This document shows positions 54,882 through 64,000 of a stretch of 64,000 bases of DNA, one piece after another. The notes beneath the pieces are model-generated. The model saw nothing but the letters and a program-made list of their open reading frames with translations. It ran no database searches and was not told where the DNA came from. Where the stretch lies: positions 448,001 to 512,000 of the forward strand of contig CAWFGE010000015.1 in the NCBI GenBank assembly GCA_963815195.1, given 5' to 3'. The position numbers were made by a program, and so were the translations under genes. Source of the DNA: an uncultured Planctomycetaceae bacterium (GTDB lineage: Bacteria > Planctomycetota > Planctomycetia > Planctomycetales > Planctomycetaceae). Every line of letters begins with the position of its first letter. The stretch's first letter is position 1.

Positions 54882-57800
54882 TTATTTTTCCGCAGAGCGG
54901 GCTTGTTGTTTTTTGAGGAGTTCTTCGGAATAGAGCTTGATCAACCGGGCGTAATCGCCGCCGGGTTTTTGTTGGCTGCCTTCGAGGATTTCCGTCCGCA
55001 GATGGCCGGGGAGTTGGCCCCATTCTTCGCTGGTTTGCCGATGCAGTTCGGCTTCCAAGGCTTCGATGGGGATCGGCGACTGCGAGCCTGGGCCTTCGCC
55101 GCCGGTGCCCGGCTGATATTGGCCGCTTGGGTTGTTCGGATTGGCGGATTGCGCGGACGACGGCCCCTTGCCGGGGACGCCGCCTTGGAGTTGCTGGGCG
55201 GCCTGGCCGAGCGATTGAGCCGCTTGCTGCAAACTCTGGGCGGACTGAGCCAGAGCACTCGGCCGCTGTCCGGGTTTTCCTTGCCCCGGTTGCCCCTGTC
55301 CGGGATTCTGGCCGGGTTGTTGAGATGGCTGCCCGCTTGATTGTCCTGGAGTCTGGGAATCGCTGGAATTTTGACCGGGATCCGCGTCGCCGGGCATCGG
55401 CTTTGTGTTATTTCCGGCGGCGGGTTCCGCGGGATTGGTCGCGGGCTGCGGCGGCTCGTTTCCGGCGTCCGCTTGTTGTTGCGAGGGACTTTCGGCCTGG
55501 GCGTCTTTGAGCTGTTGGCGGGCTTCTTCGAGCCGGCGGCGGGCGTCCGCGACTTGCTCGGCGAGGTCTCCGGGGACGAGCGTGTTTTCGGGCGTCGCTT
55601 CCGGCGGGGCAGGGGACTCGCCCGCGGCTTGGCGGAGCGATTCGGAGGCCTTCTTTCCCGCGCTCGCGGCCTGGGCGGCGTTGCCTTGGGCGGCATTCGA
55701 TTTCGCTTGCCGCATGGACTGGGACGCTTGGGACGCCGCCTGGCCCGCGGCTTGGGTTTTCTGGCCAGGCTGTTCGAGATCCAACGGTTCGCTCGCGAGT
55801 TTTCGGGCTGCCTCCTCGAGTTCGCCCGCCAACTTCCGCGAGGCCTCGGCCAACCGCTCCTGGCCCGCCTGTTGAGCCGATTGCCGGGCGATCGGATTTT
55901 CGGCGGCTTTTTTCAAATCCTCGGCGAGGGCAGCTTGCGCTTTCGCCTGGTCGCCGGCTGCCTGGGCGAGTCCGGAAGGCTTGCCCGCCCCGGCGGCTTT
56001 CGCCAATTCTTCGGCCGACCTTGTCCCGGCGTCCGCGGCGGCTTGGGCGGTCTTCGCGGCTTCTGCGAGCGCGCCGTCTTCGGTCTGTTCGCGGGCGGTG
56101 TTCGCTTTTCTCGCGGCGTCGGCGGCTTCCCGGCTCGCGGCCGATTCCGCCCCGTGATCCTGGGCCACCCGGATCGCCAACTCCGCCGACTTCCGCGCCA
56201 ACGCCGCTTGCCGTTCCGTCAGACTCTGCCCCGCCGCGGCGGTTTGTTGCGGCGATTGCTCAGCGCGCTGAGGATTCGCGCGCGATCATTTTCCCCCGCA
56301 GCATTCCCGGGCGGCTGCTCGGGCTTCGGCTGCGCTGGGGAGCCCGGGGCAGGGGATTTTCCGTTCGCGTTGGGATCACGCTCTTGATTCGGATTTTGCC
56401 CCTCCTGCGGCTCCGGGGCAGGGGATTGGTTGGGGCGCGAAGCTTTTGTGTCCGAAGGATTCTTGCTCGAATTGTTGGGATCCGAAGGATTGGGTTTGGA
56501 ACCGTTGGGACCCAAAGGATTGGGTTTGGAACCGTTGGGATCCGAAAGATTGGCCTGTGGATTCTTGGGGCCCGATTCGTTGGGAGACGGATTCTTGGGG
56601 CGCTGATCGTTCGATTGTTGACCGTTCGCAGGCGGATTGTTCTCTTCCGGCCGCGGGGCAGGCGATTCTGCGGGTTTTTCCGCTGCGGGTTGTGCAGGAT
56701 TCTCCGCTTGGGCGACCTGCTTGTGTTCCTCTTCGGCCTGCTTCTTCTTGAGTTGCTCGATTTCCTGCTTCACGGCACGGGCTTCGCGGGCGAGTTGCTC
56801 GACTTGCTCCGCCGAGGGATTGTCGTTCGACGGCCCTGCGGTCGGGGGCTTTTGAACGAGTTGGTCCAGGTTCCGCAGTTCATCATCCAGTTTTTCCTCG
56901 GGTTGGTTCTTCAGTTGCTGTTTGAGCCGCTCGAGAGCCTCCGCCGCCTTGCGTTTGGCCTCCTCGTTCTTCTGAATCAGCCGCTGGAGTTCCTCGTCAT
57001 CCTCGGGCTTGGGAGGATTCTTGGGAGGCTCCTGTTTGCGATTCTTTTGGAGTGTTTCCAGTTCCTCCTTGGCTTGGGCGGCCTTTTGCAGGGCTTCGAG
57101 AGCCTCGGCCTGAGCCTGGCGGTCTTTTGGGGTGCCGATGTTTTTGGCGAGCTGCTCGAGGGCTTGGGCCGTCTGCTCCGCGGCTTTCGCGGCTTTGCCG
57201 GGATCGTTTTGAATCAAATCCCGCACCGCAGACGCGGCCCCGTCGACCGCTTTCTGCTGCTGTTTTCGCTGGAGCGGCGGGACATCGAGTTCCGCAATCC
57301 CCGCTTGCAAACCGGTTTGGGCTTCGGCCAGTTTGCGGACTTCGTCCTCAAACGCTTTTCGCTCCGCGGGATCGGCGTTTTTCGCGGGTTGACGTTTCGC
57401 GGCCTCCGCAATTCTCTTTTGAAGAGCCCGCTCGCGGGCGGCAAGTTGCTCGGCGGCTTTTTGGGAATCCTTGGGAAGCTCGGCGTTCTTTTTCAGTTCC
57501 GCCGCCAGGGTTTCCAACCGGTCCGCGATCGCCTCTTGCTGCTTCTCGGCGGCATCGAGGTTCCCGGCTTTCAAATTCTCCAGCACCTCCCGCAATTCTT
57601 CGGGATCGATCGGTTTGGCTTGCGGCGGCTGGTTCGTCGGCTTGGGATTCGTTTCGGGCGGTTTGAGCTCGTCGGCTTTCTCGACCAACTTGGCTTGATG
57701 TTCCGCGATCGGGGCGGCTTCTTTCGCGGCTTTGTTGGCGTCCGCTTTGAGGGCGTCCGTCAACACGTCCTGCCGATCCGCGAGGGCCGAGGCTTTTTTG

Positions 57801-60114
57801 GAGAGTTCCGCGATCTCTTCGAGCGCCGTTTTCCGCGCGGCGGCCAGGACCTCGGGGCGGTGGTCCAGCAAATCGTCCAAGGCATCGGCCAATTGCTGGC
57901 GCTCCGCCTCCACCGTGGCTTGATCTTCCCCAAGTTTGGCTTCCCGGGCGGCTTTTTGTTCGGGCGTTTCATCCAGAGGAGGATTCTCCCGCTGTTTGGC
58001 GAGTTCGAGGGCCTGCTCGGCCACGCGGTCGGCCTGCTTCGCCAATCGCGGCACGACCAACAAAGCCCGCTCCAGATCCGCCAGTTCGTCAAACCGCCGG
58101 GCCAGCTTTTCCAGATCCGTTTCGGCGGCGGCGAGGGAGTTTCCCGAGCTTTCGAGCGTCTGGGCTTTCTCGTTCGCCTCGGCTTGGCCGGCGGTTTTTT
58201 GCAGAATGTCGGCGGCTTGGGAAAGCGGTTCGCGGGCGATCCGCTGGGTTTCCGGCGTTAAGTTCACGAACAGGCGATGCCCCCCAAACCGGAGGGCCAA
58301 CTGCTCCAGCCGATCCGCCAGGTCCCGCTGCTGTTTTTCGACGGCCGCGAGTTCCGCCGGCTTCTCGAACGGCTCGCCCTGGGCTGCTTTCTGCTCGGCC
58401 TCGGCTTTCAGGGCCTGGGTCCTCTTGTGGTTTTCGTTCAAGTCTTTGCGGATGGCTTCCAGCACGTCCTTGAGTTCGTTTTGGCGGTTGACGACTTCCT
58501 GGGTGCCGGGGAGTTCGGCCTCGGGGTCGATCAAGAATCCGCCGCTCTTCGGACCAGACTTCGTTGGGACCGGGAACCGGCCGATTGTCCGCCGCCCGCA
58601 CGCGGTAAGTCAGCCATTCGCCATCCGTCAAATGAAACTCCGCCAGGTCCAAGTCGAAGCCGTGGACGACGTCTTTTCGATCGAGCGTCTCCGCGGGGAC
58701 CGCGAGGATTTTCGTGTCTTCCTTCGAGGTCGTGATGTGCAGTTCCAAGGCCGCGACCGCGATGTCGTCCTGGGCGGCCGCTTCGAGGTGAATCCCATCA
58801 TCCGGCCGGGCGCGGGTCGTGCCGATTTGTCCGGCCAACTTCAACGCCGGCGGGCGGTCGGGGATGACGATCAGATTCCGAGGCGGCTCCTCGGCGTTCG
58901 CGAGGCCGAGCTCACCCTGCACGCGGACGGAAAACCAGCCCTCCGAAGCCACCAGTTCCAAGGTCGCGGATTTCTTGTCTTCCGACAGATGAAAGGGCAG
59001 GGCGGCGGGGCGGTCGGCGGGACGCTTGATGTTCGGATCGGCCGCGGAAGCCACCGCTTCCCGCCACAGCCAATCGGCGTTTTTAACGGGCTTGTTGAAT
59101 TCGAGCTGCGCGGAGCCGGCTTCGCTCGAAGACCGTCACATTGCCCACGGCTCCGTCGGTTTTTTGCCCGGGCAGGTTCGTGTACTTCGGCGGGGCGGCG
59201 AAGAGTGTGAACGCCGTGATTTCCGGCCGATCGACAACGGTGATCGAGTGCCGGTCAGATCGCTTTCGCTTGGCGACGGCCTGGTAGCTAAAACCCTCAA
59301 ACACGTGGGGCAGGGTGGCGACGAAGCCTTTTTTCTCCCGGTCGTATTGCATAGGCCGGCGGTCGGTCTCGCCCGCGGGCGTGGTCCACACCAAATCCAC
59401 GGCTTCGGGCAAATTGCTGACGGCTTCGTCTTCGGGCGGGAGAGCCAGGATCGTCACATCCTCCCCGCGGGCCGCCACGCGGTCGCCGTTCGGAATTTGA
59501 AAATACACCTCGGCGGGCAGCTCGTGCGCTCCCCAGGGCGTCAACAGCCGGAGCCACAATTGCCCGTAAACCGAAGGCATGAACACAAACGGCAAGAGCA
59601 AAATCGCGGCCGCCGCGAGCCCGGCCAAGGCGGACTTTCGGGCGCGGTCGGCGGGGACGGCTCCGCGAAAATTGAGATGGGCCACCGAGGCCAAGGTTTC
59701 GGACTCCAGCCACTCCCGCATGAGGGCCGAGCCTTTCTCGTCTTCGGGCACGCTGGGGTCGGTGAGTTCGATCGTCGAAGTCAGGCGTTCGCCTAACTCG
59801 GGGTATTGCGATTCCACGATCGCCGCGAGTTCCGCGGCGGTGAACCGGCGAAACACCGGCGTCAGCACCTCCGTCCAAAGCGTATAACCCAAGACCGCGA
59901 CGACCACGGCCAGCCAGCCGATCCGCAGGCTCTCGCTCAACGGCCAGAACCAATCCGCCAGCAGAGCCGCCGCGCACAACGCCGCGCCCACGACCGCCAG
60001 CCGGCCCAAACCCTGCCAGAGCGCCACCCGTCGCAGCCGGGACGCCAGCCCGTCAAAGCGGGTCGCCAGATCGGAAACCGAAGCAGAGGGCGGAGCCATC
60101 AATTCCGAGGCCAT
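54882..60114 (-). CDS. Very large DUF4175-like membrane-anchored coiled-coil protein (frameshifts near 59105, 58535, 56260)
   Basis: Three N-terminal TMs, PELGERL, PPKYT, DRPP, AQDD, YRVRAADN; long A/E/Q/K coiled coils; WGQLP..Y..LIKLY end; spans four ORFs. Confidence 0.8.
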
Positions 60115-60621
60115 GCGTAAACTCCCGATGGGGCAATAAGTCCCACCGTTTTAAGGGATTACCGTTCACCATCATTGTATCAAGCCCCGAAGAAACAACC
60201 AGCGGAAAACGAACGGTCGGAGCCGTTTATTCGCCCGCTTGGTGGCGCACCCGAGGCACGAACGGCGTGTGGTTTCCGCGTCCGCCACGCCCTTCGCTCC
60301 GCTCAGGGACGTGCCACCCAAGCCGCTCGGGCCTCAGGCACGTTTGCGAAAGATCGAGCAATGTCGTCGGTTTACTGGGTACGTGCTGCGATCCGCGGAA
60401 TTCTGTCTTTTGCTGGTGCCGGGAAAATCGAATTGCCCTCCGAACGATCCGCGGGCTCGAGAGCGCCTCCAATCAACCGAGCCTCGAAGAACTTCGCCGC
60501 CGCAAAGGATGGTCGCCGTCGCGATAATCCTTCTGACTCTCGGCAGTTCCAGATTCCGTGTGATTGTGGTGCAACTGTCGCGGCTGCATTCGCAGATGAG
60601 ACGCCTGCGCCAAATCGATTT

Positions 60622-60816
60622 AGGGCCGAAGGCCCGGCTCTATGTGAGCCCAGGGCAAGCGCAGCGCCGCCCTGGGTTACGGATGATGAACCAAACGGAA
60701 GCCCCAACGGGGCGGCCCTATGTGGCATACGTGCAGTTTAGGGCCGCCCGGTTGGGGCTTTTGCATTTCGTTCCTGCCGGTTCCCAGGGCTCACATAAGG
60801 CCGGACCTTCGGTCCT
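60622..60816. repeat. Palindromic element family G, copy 2
   Basis: Matches 49471-49646; its own ends AGGGCCGAAGGCCCGG / CCGGACCTTCGGTCCT are near-inverted. Confidence 0.75.
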
Positions 60817-60890
60817 TTTTCTGTCGTTTGGAACGACGGAATTTCAAAAGCAAAACCCATGATGAGGGGGATCATCATGGGGTCGCAAGG

Positions 60891-60965
60891 GGTGGATAAG
60901 GGGACTTGAACCCCCGACCTCTGGAACCACAATCCAGCGCTCTAACCAACTGAGCTATATCCACC
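60891..60965 (-). tRNA. tRNA-His (GTG)
   Basis: G-1, acceptor GTGGATA/TATCCAC, D-arm AGCTCAGTTGGTTAGAGC, anticodon arm CTGGA-TTGTGGT-TCCAG, T-loop GTTCAAGT, C73; CCA not encoded. Confidence 0.97.
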
Positions 60966-61092
60966 ATGTGGAGCGAGTTTCTCGCTGAAGCGCTTAAGAT
61001 AATTCACAAACTTCGCCGTTGCAACTGTCCGGGCCACGGGGTCCGCGGGGTTTTTGGATTCCAAGTTCCGGGCCCGTTCTTTCCGCCGACTG

Positions 61093-61250
61093 CGTGCGCG
61101 GCCCTCGTTGAAAGACCGCTTACTTCGTGCGCGGCTCTCGTTGAAAGACCGCTTACTTCGTCGCGGCCCTCGTTGAAAGACCGCTTACTTCGTGCGCGGC
61201 TCTCGTCGAAAGTCCGGCTCTCGCCCAAAGTGCGCGGCTCTCGCCGAAAG
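61093..61250. repeat. Tandem array of 33-bp family B REP units
   Basis: CGTGCGCGGCYCTCGTTGAAAGACCGCTTACTT x3 (third unit 32 bp) plus degenerate partial units. Confidence 0.85.
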
Positions 61251-61289
61251 AGCCTTTGATTTTTTTCGTTCCTCCGCCATGATTGAGGA

Positions 61290-62843
61290 ATGAACGCCGA
61301 GCTGCCTTCCTCTGTAGAATCTTCCTCTTCCGCCGATTCCTCGAAACCGCGGCCGCCCAAAAAGCGGTCGCGGCGGGTGTGGGCGTTTCGGCTGGCGGCG
61401 GTGGGGTTTGGGCTGTTGCTTTTGGGCCTGGCGGAGGTCTTGTGTTGGGGCTTTGATTGGGGCCGGCCTTCGCATGCGGACGATCCCTTCGTCGGCTTTC
61501 GCGAGATCCATCCGCTGTTCGAACCGGACGAGACCGGCGAGCGCTACGACATCCCGCCGGCCCGCTTAAAATTCTTCGCCAAGGAATCGTTTCCGGTCAA
61601 GAAGGGCGAAAACACGTTTCGGATTTTTTGCTTAGGCGGTTCGACGGTGCAGGGCCGGCCGTGGTCGAAACCCACCTCGTTCACCACGTTTCTGGAGTTG
61701 GCCCTCCAGGAAGCCGACCCCAGCCGGGATTGGGAGGTCGTCAACTGCGGCGGCGTGTCCTACGCGAGCTATCGCCTGGTGCCGATTTTGAAGGAATGTC
61801 TTCAGTACGAGCCGGATTTGTTCATCCTCTGCACGGGGCACAATGAGTTTCTGGAGGACCGCACGTACGGGCACATCAAAAACGCCCCGGCGGTGCTGCG
61901 GGTGTCGCAGAAGTTTTTCGGCGGCCTCAGGACGTTTACGCTGATCCGCGAAGCCGTCCAGAAAGTTCGCGGCAACGAATCGGACGACCGCCCGGAACTG
62001 AGCGGGGAAACCGAGCCGATCTTGGATTATCACGACAGCCTCAAGGCCTACCATCGAGACGCGGATTGGCGGGCCGGGGTGATCTTGCACTACGAATCGA
62101 ACCTGGCCCGGATGATTGCGATGTCCCGGGAAGCGGGCGTGCCGATGCTCGTCGTATTGCCGCCCTCGAATCTGGGGCACTCTCCGCCCTTCAAGTCGGA
62201 GCACAAAGCCGGCCTGACCCCGGAAGACCGCCGGCGGTTTGATGCCTTCCTCCAAGAGGCGCGGGCGCTCTATAAAACCGATCTGCCCGAGGCCGTGGGG
62301 AAGTTGAAGTCGGCGATCGCGATCGATGGCCAACATGCCGGGGCGTGGTACGAGTTGGGCCAATGCTACCGCACGCTGGGTCTGGCGGCGCAAGCCCGCG
62401 AAGCTTTGGTGCGGGCGCGGGACGAGGACATCTGCCCGCTGCGGATGCTCTCCCCGATGGAACAGGCCCTCAAAGAAACCGTGCGGGACACCGAAACGCC
62501 CTGGCTCGATGCGCACGCGTTATTGGAAGCCGACTGCCGGCAAAAGATTCTGGACGGCCAATGGCTGATCGACCACGTGCATCCCACGATTCCCGGCTAT
62601 CAAAGAATCGCCGACGCCCTGGTGGAAAAACTGGAGGAACAGGGATTCGCCCAACCCGCGAAGGACTGGCAAACGAGGGCCCATCGGGTTTATGAAAAGC
62701 ACGTGGATTCCCTGGGGCGGTTCTATTGGGAACGAGGCGTGCGCACGTTGGACGCGGTGAAAGGCTGGACCCAAGGCCAGGCTGCCGGCCCGCCGGCCGC
62801 GGAGCGGTTTCCTCGCCGCCTCGGACGCGAGAAGAAGAGATAG
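61290..62843 (+). CDS. SGNH/GDSL hydrolase-like protein with TPR insertion
   Basis: N-terminal TM; FCLGGST, VNCGGVSYAS, GHNEF, DHVHP; AWYELGQCY TPR. Confidence 0.85.
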   Translation: MNAELPSSVESSSSADSSKPRPPKKRSRRVWAFRLAAVGFGLLLLGLAEVLCWGFDWGRPSHADDPFVGFREIHPLFEPDETGERYDIPPARLKFFAKESFPVKKGENTFRIFCLGGSTVQGRPWSKPTSFTTFLELALQEADPSRDWEVVNCGGVSYASYRLVPILKECLQYEPDLFILCTGHNEFLEDRTYGHIKNAPAVLRVSQKFFGGLRTFTLIREAVQKVRGNESDDRPELSGETEPILDYHDSLKAYHRDADWRAGVILHYESNLARMIAMSREAGVPMLVVLPPSNLGHSPPFKSEHKAGLTPEDRRRFDAFLQEARALYKTDLPEAVGKLKSAIAIDGQHAGAWYELGQCYRTLGLAAQAREALVRARDEDICPLRMLSPMEQALKETVRDTETPWLDAHALLEADCRQKILDGQWLIDHVHPTIPGYQRIADALVEKLEEQGFAQPAKDWQTRAHRVYEKHVDSLGRFYWERGVRTLDAVKGWTQGQAAGPPAAERFPRRLGREKKR

Positions 62844-62975
62844 GGAGATCGGGAGAAGGGGAGATCGGGAGACGCTGATGGCGGCGACCGTATGGCTCGC
62901 AAACCTCTATCTTCTATCCTCCAACCTCACTTGGAACTGCTGAGATGACCGAATGGTTCGAGGCCGTGACCATCG

Positions 62976-63314
62976 CTAATACGGCTTGAGGTACGGATTC
63001 GGGCCGGCCGCCGGGGCGGGGATGGGGGCGTTGGGCAGGGGGGCGGGGTTGGCGGCCGGTTCGACTTCTTCCGTGGGCGGGCCGAAGGGCGGGTAGGGCC
63101 CCACGCGGTAGATGCCTACGCGGGAGTAGCGGGGATCGCACCAGGGTTGGTCCACCGCGCTTTGGTGGCCGACGCAGTCCACCAAATCGCCCCAGCGGTT
63201 TTCCGCCCATTGCAAAGGCCTGGGGGTTTGGCATCTCCAGGTGGGGATGTAACACCCGGACGCCGAGACCAAGAGCAGCACTCCTGCGAACGATAAAGCC
63301 ACGGGTCTCTTCAT
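62976..63314 (-). CDS. Small Pro-rich lipoprotein
   Basis: MKRPVALSFAGVLLLVSASGC lipobox; Pro-rich tail. Confidence 0.55.
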   Translation of the reverse strand: MKRPVALSFAGVLLLVSASGCYIPTWRCQTPRPLQWAENRWGDLVDCVGHQSAVDQPWCDPRYSRVGIYRVGPYPPFGPPTEEVEPAANPAPLPNAPIPAPAAGPNPYLKPY

Positions 63315-63602
63315 CGGTGATTGCTCCAAACTTCCCATCTTTTGCAGTTTTCCGCGATTGCTCTCGCGCATCGGGGCCTGGGTTTCTCTTCTTTCTTCGG
63401 AAGCAGGCGGGTGTTTCGATCCGCAAAATTGCCGCCGTTAAAACCCCAAGCCGCGGATTTCCCCGGCACGAGCCGAAAAACCCCTGCGATCGTTAAAGTC
63501 CGCCTGACCGGAAAGTCGAACTGTGAAGGGGAGGTTCTCGCATCAAGCGCGGTGGATTTGCGCCGCGCCGTGCGTGAACCCAGGCCAATCAGGGGAGCAA
63601 TA

Positions 63603-64000
63603 ATGCGAAATTGGCGAGCGGGATTCATTCTGCACCTGTGGGCGATCGGCGCGGGCGTTCTGGCGGGAATGTTGCCGGGTTGCAGCCGATATGATTATGT
63701 TCGCGACGCCGACGATCAGGCGTACCGGCTGGTGTCGCAAAAATCCAACAACCCGCGCTGGGCCCAGCCGGCGTTCCGGATCGATCTCGATCCCCGCAGC
63801 CGGTATTTCGACCCGTATGACGACATCTCTCCGCCGATGCCCCCGGACGACCCGGCGTCGCATCGTTTCATGGAATATGTGGACAGCAAAAAGCACTGGT
63901 CGTATTGGAATCAATTCGGTATCCGCCCGAACCTGGAGAACTCTTCCTGGCGGGAAGAACTCGAACAGTACGTGGAGTTCACGGACGACGGCAAAGTGAA
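63603..64000 (+). CDS. 5' part of a large lipoprotein (possible planctomycete TolC-like outer membrane protein), runs off the window
   Basis: Hand translation MRNWRAGFILHLWAIGAGVLAGMLPGC (lipobox) ... DPRSRYFDPYDDISPPMPPDDPASHRFM; open to the window end. Confidence 0.65.
   Translation, partial: MRNWRAGFILHLWAIGAGVLAGMLPGCSRYDYVRDADDQAYRLVSQKSNNPRWAQPAFRIDLDPRSRYFDPYDDISPPMPPDDPASHRFMEYVDSKKHWSYWNQFGIRPNLENSSWREELEQYVEFTDDGKV

Noticed and set aside
46962..58261. Long antisense ORFs (46962..48959, 51334..52827, 56021..58261; also 38969..40528, 33882..35411)
   Set aside because: Shadow ORFs opposite well-supported genes in high-GC DNA, with no recognisable motifs
205..60114. Programmed frameshifting or mass pseudogenisation behind about 14 split genes
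   Set aside because: Single-base indels are scattered over unrelated genes, often in short homopolymers, with no consistent slippery motif; sequencing error is the simpler explanation
60891..60965. tRNA-His as an island integration site
   Set aside because: No integrase and no duplicated tRNA 3' end seen in the window
61093..61250. CRISPR array
   Set aside because: The 33-bp units abut with no unique spacers, the unit is a dispersed REP, and there are no cas genes in the window

Overview
GC-rich bacterial chromosomal window, very probably from a planctomycete (Planctomycetales-like). This rests on the gene content: sulfatases, a PVC-type CxxCH heme/PQQ sugar dehydrogenase fusion, DUF1570, GYF_2/TM2, a prenyltransferase-repeat protein, a Uma2 endonuclease and an MfnD-like ATP-grasp protein. 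It holds about 40 CDS (including topA, larC, dsbD, kduD-like), one tRNA-His and many REP/REPIN-like palindromes from at least seven sequence families. About 14 genes are split by single-base indels, most likely long-read errors. The main finding is a REP-free block at about 12.4-21.8 kb that looks like an inorganic-carbon acquisition module with no RuBisCO or carboxysome genes in the window. It comprises a DAB-type operon (DUF2309/DabA, NuoL-like DabB, and an extra NuoM-like subunit with altered charged residues), a convergent divergent CsoSCA-type beta-carbonic anhydrase, and an upstream small ORF with a hydrophobic N-terminus ending in RGPP, a candidate ribosome-arrest leader peptide. Also notable is a POT peptide transporter with a discoidin-like insert at the position of the animal PepT1 extracellular domain and a C-terminal zinc ribbon. 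All family calls come from motifs recognised by eye; no searches were run.
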